A stretch of DNA of 64,000 nt from Bythopirellula sp. (GCA_965216565.1 OZ244170.1:4160001-4224000); one strand, 5' to 3'. Shown: positions 30,747 through 42,004, numbered from the stretch's first letter. Made by a program: numbers and translations. Notes: generated from the letters alone by a model not told the origin.

Positions 30747-31094
30747 ATGCCTCAGCTCAAGTTCCACGTCAACCTATTCGGCAATCCCTTCGCTTGCACG
30801 TGGGAAGAAGCGGCTGCTGCCCTGGAACTCTTGCCGCGGATGATCTTTGAGCCGGATGGCAGCTGGATTTATTCTGGCGGCGTCCGCCAAGATCGCTGGC
30901 AGATCGACGGGCACTTGTTCGATTTCGACGGCCGTTTGCACCGCGTGGAATTGCACGGCAGTTGTCCCGAGACAGATTTAGACGCTTTGCTCCGCTGCTT
31001 CGGTTGGCCCGAGCAAGAGTTGCAATTTGAACGCGTGCTCGAAGGCGACCGCCTCAGCGAAACCGAATTCCGCACGGCCGTGCAAGTGGATTAG
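30747..31094 (+). CDS. Hypothetical protein
   Basis: 115 aa ORF in an otherwise free interval. Confidence 0.65.
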   Translation: MPQLKFHVNLFGNPFACTWEEAAAALELLPRMIFEPDGSWIYSGGVRQDRWQIDGHLFDFDGRLHRVELHGSCPETDLDALLRCFGWPEQELQFERVLEGDRLSETEFRTAVQVD

Positions 31095-31133
31095 CCTCCA
31101 TCTCCGAGCGAGCCGAGGCGTCCCCGCCCACGG

Positions 31134-32216
31134 CTACCAGGCCAAGCCCGCCTTGACCGCCCCGCCGTTGAACGTCAGGTCGTCAGAGACGTCGGTATTC
31201 CAAAGCTGCGTTTCGTACTGAGCGCGTAAGGTGAGGACGCTCCAGCCCAGGTTCCGCTGCCACTCTAGGCCGAGCGACGCTTCGGAAATCACCATGTCGG
31301 CGTCTTTCTCCTCAACGAAAGTTATAGGTTCCGATCCAGTTCCCACAACTAAATTAGCGTCGTTCGACGATCCTGCTGTTGGGCTTATTGAATAGACGGT
31401 GAAGAGTTCTCGACGCACTTCACCCGAAAGAAAGCCAACCCGACCTGAACCCACGAGTGATAGTTCGATTTGCTCAGTGCGATAGATCAAGTGGCGGACA
31501 TCTGAAAACAGGCCCAGCCCAACCCCAAGATTTGTGTTCTCACCCAGGCTGGGGACTTCAATTTGGAATGCGACACTTTTCAGTCCAGCACCGAGTATTA
31601 TACTCGTTTCATCCACAACAAAGCGTTTATAAAAATCTGCATCGAGCGATCCAGTCCGAAGAGAATAGCCTGTTGTATGTTCAGTTGGGCTTGTTTCTAT
31701 AAATGGATTTCCAGGTGGAATACTACGAAAAGCGAAGTCGCGAGGTGTGGTAAAGGCCGAAATATAGAAGGGTGAATAAAAAAGCAACTGGGTCTCTGTC
31801 TCAGCTTCGTAGCCCCACAAACGACCGCGGATGCCGTAGCCCGATTTGCTTTCCCAACCGAGCGTGATTCGAGGAGTCACATAGTAGACGTCTTCGCCGT
31901 CTTCGGTGAAATCGATGCCACCGAATTCTGGCCGAAATGCCACGAGTTCGACGTCGGCCTGCCAGGCTTTTCGGGGAAGCGTACTCACTACCCTGGCGGC
32001 CGTGAGGTCCAAGGTGGGGGCGAGAAACGTTTCGACGTGCGAACGATTCGCAGCAAGCGGTTCATTTTCCGCAAAGTCTTCTGAATGAGGATTGCGCGCC
32101 TGCGGTTCGGAGTCCAAGAGTTGGTCGTAGACCGATCCCTGCCCTACCACAGGTGGAGTAGCTGAGAGAACAAGCAGTACAGCGTAAAGCCAAGCTAGGC
32201 TTGTGAGGCGGTGCAT
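31134..32216 (-). CDS. Putative outer-membrane beta-barrel protein
   Basis: Signal peptide from ATG 32216, PRITLGW..GYGIRGRLW, alternating strands, terminal Trp. Confidence 0.65.
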   Translation of the reverse strand: MHRLTSLAWLYAVLLVLSATPPVVGQGSVYDQLLDSEPQARNPHSEDFAENEPLAANRSHVETFLAPTLDLTAARVVSTLPRKAWQADVELVAFRPEFGGIDFTEDGEDVYYVTPRITLGWESKSGYGIRGRLWGYEAETETQLLFYSPFYISAFTTPRDFAFRSIPPGNPFIETSPTEHTTGYSLRTGSLDADFYKRFVVDETSIILGAGLKSVAFQIEVPSLGENTNLGVGLGLFSDVRHLIYRTEQIELSLVGSGRVGFLSGEVRRELFTVYSISPTAGSSNDANLVVGTGSEPITFVEEKDADMVISEASLGLEWQRNLGWSVLTLRAQYETQLWNTDVSDDLTFNGGAVKAGLAW

Positions 32217-32332
32217 CGTCGCCTTGCGGGGAGATCGGGTTGCGGCAAATTTGGGAGCCAAAGTTGTAGCCCAAGAACCACAACGCCACGAGAGTAGTCC
32301 ACCGATGCTAGCTAGGGCATACCGACGTACTG

Positions 32333-33244
32333 CTATTTGGATTTCCAGTCCACGTCCGACATCTTCGCCATCGCCAGCACCAAGGCTTGTGTCCCGCTAC
32401 GGGCATGCCCCTCTGCGGCCAGTTCCTTGTAGAGCCGCTCGGCAAGCTCCAAGCCGGGCAGTTCTAGCTTCATCCGGCGCGCTTCTGCCAGTGCGATGCC
32501 CATGTCTTTGATGAAATGTTCGACGAAAAAACCGGGCTCAAAGTTGCCGGCAATCATCCGCGGGGCCAGATTCGAAAGCGACCAACTTCCCGCAGCGCCG
32601 GTGGCCACCGATTGCAGTACGCTCTCTGGGTCGAGCCCCGCTTTGTGGGCGTACAGCAGTGCTTCGCAGACGCCGACCATATTCGAGGCAATCAGCGTTT
32701 GGTTCACCATTTTCGTATGCTGCCCCGCACCCGCTTCGCCCTGCCAAACCCAGGTCTTACCGAGGATTTCCCAAATGGGTGCGAGCGTATCGACGACATC
32801 ATGCTTGCCCCCAATCATGATCGAAAGCGTGCCATTCTTCGCACCGACGTCGCCGCCCGAAACCGGGGCATCGATGCTCGCCACCCCCTTGGCCTCGGCT
32901 TGCTGTGCAATTTCGACCGCCAGGGAGGGCTCGCTCGTGGTCATGTCCACCAGGATAGAACCCTCGTTCGCCCCCGCTAGAGCGCCTTCTTCCCCAAGAA
33001 TCACGTGCCGAACATCGTCGGGGTAGCCGACAATTGTGAAGATGATGTCGGAATCGGCGGCGACTTCACGCGGCGTGTCGGCCCATATCGCACCTGCGTC
33101 GAGCAATGCCTGGGCTTTGTCGGGTGAACGATTGGTCACGATCGCTTGGTAACCAAACTTCAGCAGATGCCCACACATCGGTGCGCCCATCACTCCAGTA
33201 CCGATCCATCCAATCCGGGATTTCTGACGAGACACTTGTTGCAT
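32333..33244 (-). CDS. NAD(P)-dependent beta-hydroxyacid dehydrogenase (3-hydroxyisobutyrate DH / GlxR family)
   Basis: [30 protein letters not shown]. Confidence 0.9.
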   Translation of the reverse strand: MQQVSRQKSRIGWIGTGVMGAPMCGHLLKFGYQAIVTNRSPDKAQALLDAGAIWADTPREVAADSDIIFTIVGYPDDVRHVILGEEGALAGANEGSILVDMTTSEPSLAVEIAQQAEAKGVASIDAPVSGGDVGAKNGTLSIMIGGKHDVVDTLAPIWEILGKTWVWQGEAGAGQHTKMVNQTLIASNMVGVCEALLYAHKAGLDPESVLQSVATGAAGSWSLSNLAPRMIAGNFEPGFFVEHFIKDMGIALAEARRMKLELPGLELAERLYKELAAEGHARSGTQALVLAMAKMSDVDWKSK

Positions 33245-33289
33245 GCGACTTTTCTTGAGTATGCCGAGATGGCGCCCCATCCACTGGGC

Positions 33290-33964
33290 TTACTGCACTG
33301 GGACGGTGCCCACGGCTCCTGATTCCGACGAGAAACTTGCTGGCAAACCTATCTGCGGAGCGTACCGCACTCGCAGCACCATCGCAACCAGTTCGGCAAC
33401 ACTATCGACGCCCATTTTCAGAAAGATCTTCCGACGTCGGTTCTCAATGGTCCGCAAACTCACCGAAAGTGCCTGGGCCATCGCCTTGTTCGAAGAACCC
33501 TCTAGCAGTAGATCGAGCACGGCAGTCTCTTTTTGATTCAAGCTTTCGAGCCGACGCTTTGCCTCCTGCTCTGCCTCGCTTCGATCGCGATAGGCTTCGT
33601 CTTGCGAAAGTGCCGTGCGGATGGCTTGCCAGAGTGTGTCGTCGTCGAACGGTTTATCGAGCATTGTGACTGCACCGTTCTTGATGGCTTGCACCGTGAG
33701 TGGCGTACACGCAAATGCGGTCACAAAGATAATTGGCAGCACCAAGCCGCGCTCGATTAGCGTTTCCTGAAGCTCCAATCCATTCATGCCAGGCATGCGG
33801 TAGTCCGTAACCAAACAACCTGGCTGTCCATCGTAAAAATCTAGAAACGCTTCGGCTGATTCGAATTCTTTGGCGGTTGTTCCCATCGATTGGATTAGCC
33901 CAATGATGGAGTCTCTCGCCATTTTGTCGTCGTCGACTACGAAGACAGTTTGCTCACTCATCAT
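33290..33964 (-). CDS. FixJ/LuxR-family response regulator
   Basis: VVDDD, DYRMPGMNG, KP, HTH SNKAMAQALSVSLRTIE. Confidence 0.92.
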   Translation of the reverse strand: MMSEQTVFVVDDDKMARDSIIGLIQSMGTTAKEFESAEAFLDFYDGQPGCLVTDYRMPGMNGLELQETLIERGLVLPIIFVTAFACTPLTVQAIKNGAVTMLDKPFDDDTLWQAIRTALSQDEAYRDRSEAEQEAKRRLESLNQKETAVLDLLLEGSSNKAMAQALSVSLRTIENRRRKIFLKMGVDSVAELVAMVLRVRYAPQIGLPASFSSESGAVGTVPVQ

Positions 33965-34526
33965 CCCTCTCTACTTCCCTTGAATAAAAGCACAGCAGCA
34001 GCGCATGATCGGCCTTGGATCTACCGCAACCAATACATAACGAGCAGTTGCTGAAACGTAAAACAATCTAGAGACGTCTTCTAGACGCCGTCAAACTCTG
34101 CGCGCAATCACAGAGTAGTAATTCAACTTTGTTGGGTAGACTTTCGTCGTACCTAACTCGGCCAACGTCAGGCCGCCCCCCTGCCGGATCGAGGTGATCC
34201 CGATATAAACGCGCCTGGCAAGGCATTGTTTACGATTCGGACTTGTCTGCAACGGCTAGTCCGAAGCGAGCGGGTGAGATTATTCTTAGGCTGGAAGTGT
34301 CTGGCTCGCGAGATGCAATTCACCGGTAGGAGTGGCCATTGTCACGCCTTGCTTGTCACCTGGCAAGGCTTAACTGGTATACCAATTCAAACTGACAGCG
34401 CTTCGGGTCATAAATGTGGATTGCAAACTGCAATTACTCGCACGTTGTGTGCGATGGTTCACCCAGAATCGACCCGTGCGCAATGAAAACGCTTTTTTGC
34501 GAATCACGAAACTAGGAGACGACACT

Positions 34527-35174
34527 TTAGTGCCGGCCACCACGGCGTCGCAGCATATTCGCAAACAGTCCCACGGCCACTAGTGCCACAGAGGTAGGTT
34601 CCGGGACGATTCCCAGAAACGAAACGGTCAGCACCAAATCCACAGGCTGGGAATTAGAAGACTCTTCGTTTTGCTCGGTCATGAATGTGAACGATTCGAC
34701 CTTCACGTTGACCGATCCCAACTCCATGCCAGCCAGATCGGGGGGGTTCACAGGAACTACCTGCTGAAAGAAACGGTTCTCTTGCCAGATGCGCTGTTCC
34801 GTCAAACCGCCCGAAAGATCCTCGGTAAGCGCCAGATTCATGAATTCGTTCTGGGCATCCGTCACGCGACCGGCGACAGTGGCAAACTCAGTATCGGAAC
34901 CAGCATCGGCAGAGAACGTAGAACCCACATCGGCAGGCGAAACAATCAGGGAGTCGAAGAGCGTCACACCATTGGTGGGTGCGAACTGATTGTCTCCAAA
35001 AACCAAATCGAGGTCGAACTCGTCGGTGCTAAAGATGTTTGAGCTGCGATTCACGCTCACAGTCCGTTCATAAAGAAGCGTTCCGCTTTGAGCCACATTA
35101 CCAGGGATAACCCATGCCAAGGCGATGATCGACGCAGCAAATAGAGACGGAAGTAAGAGTTTGTAGTGCATCAT
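34527..35174 (-). CDS. PEP-CTERM protein
   Basis: Signal peptide, C-terminal VPEPTS + TM + RRR. Confidence 0.85.
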   Translation of the reverse strand: MMHYKLLLPSLFAASIIALAWVIPGNVAQSGTLLYERTVSVNRSSNIFSTDEFDLDLVFGDNQFAPTNGVTLFDSLIVSPADVGSTFSADAGSDTEFATVAGRVTDAQNEFMNLALTEDLSGGLTEQRIWQENRFFQQVVPVNPPDLAGMELGSVNVKVESFTFMTEQNEESSNSQPVDLVLTVSFLGIVPEPTSVALVAVGLFANMLRRRGGRH

Positions 35175-35253
35175 GAATTAGTAGAGCCGTGAGAAAAGGT
35201 GACCCAAACGGGCGTGTGCTATTGGTTCGTGCGACTTCGGTTCCCCAAAATCG

Positions 35254-35333
35254 GCGCACGAAAAAACCCCGCTCTAGAAGCTCATCTCACCAGTGCATGA
35301 AGCACGAGGGGGAGAAGCTTTCAGAGTGGGGTT
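35254..35333 (-). terminator. Long hairpin + TTTTTTCGTGCGC upstream of the PEP-CTERM gene
   Basis: AACCCCACTCTGAAAGCT...AGCTTCTAGAGCGGGGTT TTTT CGTGCGC on the minus strand. Confidence 0.6.
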
Positions 35334-35612
35334 ACAGTAGCGTTACTCGTCAGGTTGAAAAACGTTCGCCTCCGGGCCTGGAATAGTTCAGCCAGCAATC
35401 CCGAAGGAACTCATATTTTAACCAAAATCTGCGGTTCGCCGCAAGAAAATTCTCGTCAAAGTCGGACTATCGCAGGATTCTGGTTCTATCGAAAAACAAA
35501 GGCATCTGAGAATAACAGCTCTGCCACAGTATTATTCGGCAAAGAACTCGAGATTATTGCCTAGCCGGAGGCACACCTGCCTCCGGCGTTCTTACAACCC
35601 CGCGACTTCATC

Positions 35613-37361
35613 TCAGCCGTCGCAATGCGCCAGCAATTCGTCCCCGCCCTGCCGGTGGCAGAAATCGCCAAAGCTCTCGCCCTCTTGCCGAGCTTCTTTG
35701 AAAAACTGAAACACTCGCACCAGTTCTGGGATCACTTCGTCGTGCGGTACGAGATCTTTGTAGATGAAGTTGAGCCGATCGCCCTCGCGTCGTCCGCCCA
35801 AGAACAGCGTGTACTTGCCCTTGGCTTTTCCCACCAGGCCGATGTCGCTGTTGTAGGGTCGGGCACAGCCATTGGGGCAACCTGTCATACGGAAGGTAAA
35901 CACCTCGCCGCCCAGGTCCATGCTCTCTAGTTCCGCTTCGAGCTGATCGATAAACCCGGGCAGCGCCCGTTCGCTTTCGGTAATCGCCAACCCACAAGTG
36001 GGTAGTGCCGGGCAGGCCATCGACCAGCGCCGGCTCTGTGATATATCTTCCGACAGCGGCACGCCATGCTCGCGTAGAATGGCTTCCAATCGCGGACGCG
36101 ACGACTCTTCCAAGTCGCAAAAGATGATACTCTGGTGCGGGGTAAGTCGCATCGCAGGACCCAGCTCATCGCAGATGAGCCGTAGGGCCGACTTCAATCG
36201 GAATTCGCCCTCGTCCTTAATCCGGCCATTCTCCACGTTCAGCCCATAGAACCAGCGCCCGTCACCCTGCGGGTGCCAGCCCAGGCCGTCGTTGAAATCT
36301 TCGATCACCACCGGCCGCGGAGCTGGAAGCTCGTCGCCGTAGTACTCTTCGACTTTCTGCTTGAACCGGTCCAGTCCCCAGTTGTGGATCAGATACTTCA
36401 TCCGAGCGACTTTGCGGTCGGATCGGTTGCCAAAGTCCCGCTGTACTTTCACGATGGCAGTTGTCACGTCGATCACCTGGTCGGGTGTCACAAAACACAT
36501 CGGTTGGGCAATTGCCGGGAACGTCTTCTTAGCACTGGGCGTTACACCAAAGCCACCACCCACCAGCACGTTATAGCCGACGATCTTGAAATCTTCACAA
36601 ATGGCCAGCAGACCCAAGTCTTGGCTATAAATGTCGGCGGCATTGTCGCCGGGAAGCCCGATGCCGGTCTTAAACTTTCGCGGCAAATAGGTCGGCCCGT
36701 ATATGGGCTCTACGCCGTTGCTTTCTGGTCCACCGCCGGCGCGTTGCTTCTCGCCCGTCTCCAAGTCCGTCAGCCATAGATCATGGTACGAAGGAGTTTG
36801 CGGCCGTAGATGCACGGCAATCTCTTGAGCCAACTCTTGCATCTGGTCATAGACTGGATCGTTTTTGTAAGGAACCGGCGAACACATGACATTGCGTTCC
36901 ACATCGCCACAAGCAGCCAGCGTGGTGAGCTGCACTTCGTTGATGCGGCGAATCGATCGCTTCAGGTCCGACTTCAATACGCCATGCAATTGCAAACCTT
37001 GCCGCGTGGTGATCCGCAACGTGGTGTTGCCCACCTCGTCGCACAAATCGAGCTCAGCCAGCATCTGCGAACTATCGATACGGCCCCCCGGCATCGCCGT
37101 GCGAACCATAAAGCTGTAGACCTTACCATCCTTGCCCCGCTCGTCGCGATTGTCTTGCTGGTAAGTGCCGTGATGCTTGAGCAGTTGGATGCTCGCCTTA
37201 CCGAAAAAGTCGTTCTCGTCGGCCAGTTCCTGGGGAATGGGCCCGGAGAGGTAGTTGCTCTCGTCCTTAAATACTTCAACCGCGCTAGGCTTGGCCTCTT
37301 TGGCGGGTTTCGCCTGGGCAGCTTTTGCCCCGTTGGCAGTCGGATCGGCTGTTTTGCTCAT
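35613..37361 (-). CDS. cysI: Assimilatory sulfite reductase hemoprotein subunit
   Basis: KHHGTYQQD, TTRQ, ACGDV, YLPRKFK, ACPALPTC, TGCPNGC. Confidence 0.88.
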   Translation of the reverse strand: MSKTADPTANGAKAAQAKPAKEAKPSAVEVFKDESNYLSGPIPQELADENDFFGKASIQLLKHHGTYQQDNRDERGKDGKVYSFMVRTAMPGGRIDSSQMLAELDLCDEVGNTTLRITTRQGLQLHGVLKSDLKRSIRRINEVQLTTLAACGDVERNVMCSPVPYKNDPVYDQMQELAQEIAVHLRPQTPSYHDLWLTDLETGEKQRAGGGPESNGVEPIYGPTYLPRKFKTGIGLPGDNAADIYSQDLGLLAICEDFKIVGYNVLVGGGFGVTPSAKKTFPAIAQPMCFVTPDQVIDVTTAIVKVQRDFGNRSDRKVARMKYLIHNWGLDRFKQKVEEYYGDELPAPRPVVIEDFNDGLGWHPQGDGRWFYGLNVENGRIKDEGEFRLKSALRLICDELGPAMRLTPHQSIIFCDLEESSRPRLEAILREHGVPLSEDISQSRRWSMACPALPTCGLAITESERALPGFIDQLEAELESMDLGGEVFTFRMTGCPNGCARPYNSDIGLVGKAKGKYTLFLGGRREGDRLNFIYKDLVPHDEVIPELVRVFQFFKEARQEGESFGDFCHRQGGDELLAHCDG

Positions 37362-37713
37362 GTGTGTAATTAGAGTCGATGTGTTTTGAAGAAAAGCCCC
37401 TGGGGATGGACGGGACTTGGGAAATCTATCAGCTAAATTGCCTAAACGGCATAGTTGACCAATATGGCATCATAGCTTCTAGACCCGGCTGCGGCCAGAT
37501 TGGCTCACGGAGTGCTAGCCGCCCGCCATTCTCCCTTAGAACATCAAAACCAGCCGTGTCTCCACAGTCCACTTGCCACGGCGAGCAATACAAGGCCAGC
37601 CGGGATCTCTAAGGAGTGGAGCAGACTCCAAGTCCCTCATCGCAACCTCTTTTTTGTTAGAATCTCTAGTGAGTTTTTTGTCTTAAAATCAATCAAACTG
37701 GCATGGGATTCGT

Positions 37714-38178
37714 GTGGAATTTCTCGACTCGAATGCATACTGGGTGCTGGGTGGCATCATCCTCTACTTTGTCGTTGGGATCGCCATCCTGCGCGGTCCT
37801 GATATTCTACGAGGACTGCTGCATACTCGGCTCCGGCAGCAAGACATCATTAGGCGTCGCCAAAATCTCGCCGATTTGGCTGTTCGCAAGAGCGGCATCG
37901 AAAAGCGTCTCGAAGACGATGCACCCGTCGCAAGAAATTCGTTCGGCCCAAATAACATAAAGCAGAATTGGCGTTGGCTGCTCCTGGGATTTGGTTGCAC
38001 CGCCCTGGGAGTTTACGCCTTTCTCCACCCCTATGCTTTGCAATCCCTGGAGTTCACCGGCCGCCTACGCTCAATGGGCCAGCTACTGCAGTTCCTTTGG
38101 AGTTGGCCAGTATGCTGTGCATCCTTCGTATTTGGCATACTCTGCATATTCTCCAGCTTCTGGCCCATCGATGACTAG
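37714..38178 (+). CDS. Hypothetical membrane protein
   Basis: 154 aa, three hydrophobic segments. Confidence 0.6.
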   Translation: MEFLDSNAYWVLGGIILYFVVGIAILRGPDILRGLLHTRLRQQDIIRRRQNLADLAVRKSGIEKRLEDDAPVARNSFGPNNIKQNWRWLLLGFGCTALGVYAFLHPYALQSLEFTGRLRSMGQLLQFLWSWPVCCASFVFGILCIFSSFWPIDD

Positions 38179-38218
38179 GTTGATGACTAGGTTGTAGCCC
38201 GCCCCCTCTCGCCGTACG

Positions 38219-38734
38219 ATGCGACCCATGAGAGAGCAGCAAAGCATCTGGGGACGAATCGCGGTTTGGCTAGCCACCGGCTTAGGGGTCGGATTGGTCT
38301 CGCCGGCACCCGGAACTGTCGGCGGGTTGTGGGGCCTGCCGCTCGCGATGGCCATTGGCCAGTTCTCGCCGGCCGCGCAGCAGGTTACGACCGTGCTAGT
38401 CGTCCTCGTGTCGATCGCCATCTGCACCGTCGCGGCACGGTTGCTCGGCGGCAGCAAAGATCCGCAATCGATTGTGCTCGACGAAATCGCCGCGTTGCCG
38501 ATCGTTTACTTGGGCGTCTGGGAGCGAACCCCCGCCATCTGGATCGCCGGGTTCCTGCTGTTTCGGCTCTTCGACATCACCAAGCCCTGGCCCGCCAAGC
38601 AGGCAGAAAAGCTACCCGCCGGTCTAGGCATCATGGCCGACGATTGCGTCGCCGCCTGCTACGCCTGCTTGGTCTTGAATCTGCTCGTCTGGCTCGACTG
38701 GCTAGCGATGCTAGAAGATGTTGTTACCAGATAA
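38219..38734 (+). CDS. pgpA: Phosphatidylglycerophosphatase A
   Basis: APGTVG, DPQSIVLDE, FRLFDITKPWP, GIMADD. Confidence 0.92.
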   Translation: MRPMREQQSIWGRIAVWLATGLGVGLVSPAPGTVGGLWGLPLAMAIGQFSPAAQQVTTVLVVLVSIAICTVAARLLGGSKDPQSIVLDEIAALPIVYLGVWERTPAIWIAGFLLFRLFDITKPWPAKQAEKLPAGLGIMADDCVAACYACLVLNLLVWLDWLAMLEDVVTR

Positions 38735-38742
38735 AACTTGCG

Positions 38743-39870
38743 CTAACCTTGCGGTGCTGCACTGATCGGATATCGCATAATGGCAGCGGCGGGCTGATCG
38801 AGTTGATCGGGTTGTACTGTGTAGACATCGCCTTTGTGGCGTAGCGTATCAACGACAGCGGAGTTCACCCGATCTTCGCGACTCCCATCGCCTTCCGTCC
38901 AAGATCCTTCTCCCTCAACGGTGAGTAGCGTTTCGATTTGACCTTGTTGCGCCGCAGCCAGGATCGTATCGAGATCGTCGCTTCCAAGTTGCTGCGAAAG
39001 TGCGGTGCCAAAGCGCTCGAGTATCCCACCGCGCTGTGTCTCGAACTGTTTCTCCACCACAGGCCAAGCTTTCTCGTGAAGTTCTTGACCGCTGAGATCG
39101 TCAGGATTTCCCGTCACCGAATCGTCGATCAGTCCATCGTAACCGCAAGTCTCCTGGAGAATCGGGAAAAGATACTGCACTCCCGCAAAAACTAACGGCA
39201 CGCGCTCGCCACCCAAGAACGACTTCAGAGCACTGTCGATGTGGTGAAAATACTGTTTGATTTCGTCCTGTTTTTTCACGTCGGGGTCACTGCCACCATG
39301 ACCGTGGAACATGGCCGCACCACCGTCTGGCGCGGTGGAGTGATGCTGCAGCGAACTGACGTACTCGTCAATGTTCAGGGCAGATCTCAAGTCGTCAGGC
39401 AGGTCGGCATCCTCGACTTCACTGATACTCCACTTCGTGCCGAGGAAGAGACGCAGTTTATTCAGACTGGCGGCCAGCAGGTAGAATCGTCCGTCATTTT
39501 GCAACAAACGGCAGAGCGGACGGACATGAAACTTGTCCGAGCAGACGCAGCGTGGCTCAAAAGAGTGCGGTAGCCGCCAGCGCTTCACCGTGTTGCCATC
39601 CAGAAAAATAGCGAGCCCCTCACTTTGGTGCTGCCACCAAGCATCGTCCGACTCGAGATTTCGCAGTTCTTCGATTTGCTTTTGTACCGACTCAACCGAT
39701 CCGGACGCGTTCTCTAGCGCTGCCTCTGCCTGGTCGATGACATTCTTAAAATGAATACGGTTTTTCTGAACCTTGCTACCAGAACGTTCGGTGGGCATAT
39801 AGAGCGAGCAGAGGCAGTCACCGGACTGGTCAGCCAACTGGGTAAGATCGTCACGTGTGAATTTGTCCAT
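38743..39870 (-). CDS. baeRF (bacterial archaeo-eukaryotic release factor-like, family 3/7-type) protein
   Basis: SLYMPT, FKN, WQHQSEGLAIF, FHVRPL, FHGHG, PLVFAG, GNPD, GQIETL, AAIMRY. Confidence 0.7.
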   Translation of the reverse strand: MDKFTRDDLTQLADQSGDCLCSLYMPTERSGSKVQKNRIHFKNVIDQAEAALENASGSVESVQKQIEELRNLESDDAWWQHQSEGLAIFLDGNTVKRWRLPHSFEPRCVCSDKFHVRPLCRLLQNDGRFYLLAASLNKLRLFLGTKWSISEVEDADLPDDLRSALNIDEYVSSLQHHSTAPDGGAAMFHGHGGSDPDVKKQDEIKQYFHHIDSALKSFLGGERVPLVFAGVQYLFPILQETCGYDGLIDDSVTGNPDDLSGQELHEKAWPVVEKQFETQRGGILERFGTALSQQLGSDDLDTILAAAQQGQIETLLTVEGEGSWTEGDGSREDRVNSAVVDTLRHKGDVYTVQPDQLDQPAAAIMRYPISAAPQG

Positions 39871-40264
39871 GGAACTTCCTCTATTTTCGAGTGTGTTTTT
39901 TTCTAACTAGAACCGGTTTTAAGAATCAAGAACGGCTCAATGTGAGCCGACGGCGCTAGCCGTGGGTAGCGTTAGTCTAGGTGCTGTACTGATGCTACCC
40001 GACGCCCGCCACAGCGGTTCTGCAACTATCGTGTTCGGCTCACTGATTTTGCAACTGCTTCCAGTCGAGTCGATGATCTCTCCGTGCTCGTAGCTCTAAC
40101 TAGAACTTACTGGGATGTTAAATGAATTGGTCTAAAGAGTGAGTGCTCCCACGGCACTGTCTCGATCGGGCTCTGTAGACAACGTCCGCAAGTTTAGCAG
40201 AGCCGCCCGACTTTTCTGCGAAGTGCGACAAAAAGGTCACAAGACGACAATCTGTCGCAGATCT

Positions 40265-40368
40265 AAAAAGGGGACATTCTACTTTTTGGTAGCTCGCACC
40301 ATGAAAAACGGGGACAGGCACGACGATGCTACGGCTGCAGGAGGGTTCAACCTTTCGAGATGCGTCGA
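40265..40368 (+). repeat. ~105-bp direct repeat, left copy
   Basis: AAAAAGGGGACATTCTACTTTT...CGGGGACAGGCACGACG...TGCGTCGA; similar to 42005-42110. Confidence 0.8.
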
Positions 40369-40426
40369 ACAAAAAGGGGACATTCTACTTTTTGACAGTT
40401 GGCGATGAGTTCATTAGGCTACCGGC

Positions 40427-41107
40427 ATGCCTCGAACTGCTCGCGCCGCTGTTGGTAACGTTTGCTATCACGTCTTGAATCGGGGGAACGCGCAGCAAAC
40501 CGTCTTCCATTCCGAGGCCGACTATGCGAGTTTCTGCCAACTGTTGGCTGAGGCGAATGAACGGGCGAAGTGTGCCCCGATGCGGCTACTTAGCTATTGC
40601 CTGATGCCCAATCACTTTCACCTGCTGCTCTGGCCACGCGAGGATGGCGACCTGGGCCGCTGGATGCAATGGTTGCTGACGTCCCACGTGCGGCGTTACC
40701 ACCGGGTGCATGGCACGAGTGGTCACGTGTGGCAAGGTCGCTTCAAGGCATTTCCAATCCAAAGCAACGAGCATCTACTCACGGTCATGCGCTATGTGGA
40801 GCGCAACCCGGTGCGGGCAAAATCAATCCCTGTCCGCCGGGCAGAACGATGGCCGTGGTCGAGCATTGGCGAGCCACCCCAAGATGTCGAGGTTCCCAAG
40901 TTGACTGCCCCGCCGGAACCACGCGCCGACAATTGGTTAGAATGGGTGAATACGCCGTTAACTGTGCCGGAACTTGCTGCGGCGCGGGAATCGGTGGTGC
41001 GTGGCCGTCCCTTTGGCAACCCGCGCTGGGTGAAAACCACGGGCGAAAAGCTCGGCTTGCAGTCGACGCTTCGCCCCCGCGGCCGTCCTCGCCGCTCGGA
41101 AAAGTAG
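40427..41107 (+). mobile_element. REP-associated HUH/Y1 tyrosine transposase (RAYT-like)
   Basis: MPRTAR, YHVLNRGN, YCLMPNHFH, GHVWQGRFK, YVERNP, WPWSS; flanked by inverted AAAAGGGGACATTCTACTTTT at 40371 and 41100. Confidence 0.9.
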
Positions 41108-41161
41108 AATGTCCCCTTTTAGTCCCTTTTTAGTCCCGCTCTAGTTCTATGCAGCACAATT

Positions 41162-41980
41162 ATGGACTCATCAGATATGCAATTTACGACATACCGCAAT
41201 GGTGGCCTCCTTTTGGACATCCCTGAGAAATGTATTGTTAATGAATTCTTTCCGCAAATTGATATCGTTGACCACGCCGATACATTCGATATATCCGGCC
41301 AGATTTTGGAGACTGCAGAGGAAAAAGATGGGGCTCTTGACAATCTTCAAGTGGGAAGTGCGCAACAAGAATTCGATCCCGATGTGCATCTCGTCCATTA
41401 TGCGAAGATTGCCGGAACATATTCTGGGATGGAATTGGTGAGTTACATTTGCCGAGACAAGTCCACAGTAGGCTGCTACGAGCTACGTCGCGTAATCGAG
41501 TTAGAGCAGTCAGCTGATGTCTCAGCAGAATTCATTGTCGTCGGGAATGGCCATTATGAGGTAATCGCATCAGTAATTCAAAAGATATTGAATTCGTTCA
41601 GATTCTATTTCGACGAGTGGAGAACAGCGCAAGCTGCTTTAAGTGTAACGAAAGAAACTGATGGACAGGCTTCGCACAGTCAAAGTGATTTGCCGGAGTT
41701 ACCTGACTTTCCTGAAGAGATTAGATACCTCGCGGAATCAGTTCAAATAGTGCTTGCAGACAACTCTCGGGAGGCATTGGAAGATTTTGATTCATCAACA
41801 CTTGACAAGGCAATGGACAGTCGAATTAAGGGGCTGTCTGGGGAGGAAGCAAAGCGTCTACTAGAAGCCGATGAGAAAGCTCTTTGCTCATGGATCGACA
41901 AGGGACCCTCAGAATGGGAGTACTTAGGTTTCCTTTGTGATATCTTGTTGAGTAGATCTGACGAAGGACTTCGGTCATAA
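41162..41980 (+). CDS. Hypothetical acidic protein, visibly AT-richer than its flanks
   Basis: 272 aa ORF between repeat copies. Confidence 0.7.
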   Translation: MDSSDMQFTTYRNGGLLLDIPEKCIVNEFFPQIDIVDHADTFDISGQILETAEEKDGALDNLQVGSAQQEFDPDVHLVHYAKIAGTYSGMELVSYICRDKSTVGCYELRRVIELEQSADVSAEFIVVGNGHYEVIASVIQKILNSFRFYFDEWRTAQAALSVTKETDGQASHSQSDLPELPDFPEEIRYLAESVQIVLADNSREALEDFDSSTLDKAMDSRIKGLSGEEAKRLLEADEKALCSWIDKGPSEWEYLGFLCDILLSRSDEGLRS

Positions 41981-42004
41981 CGGATGGTAGAAAAGAAAAA
42001 GAAG

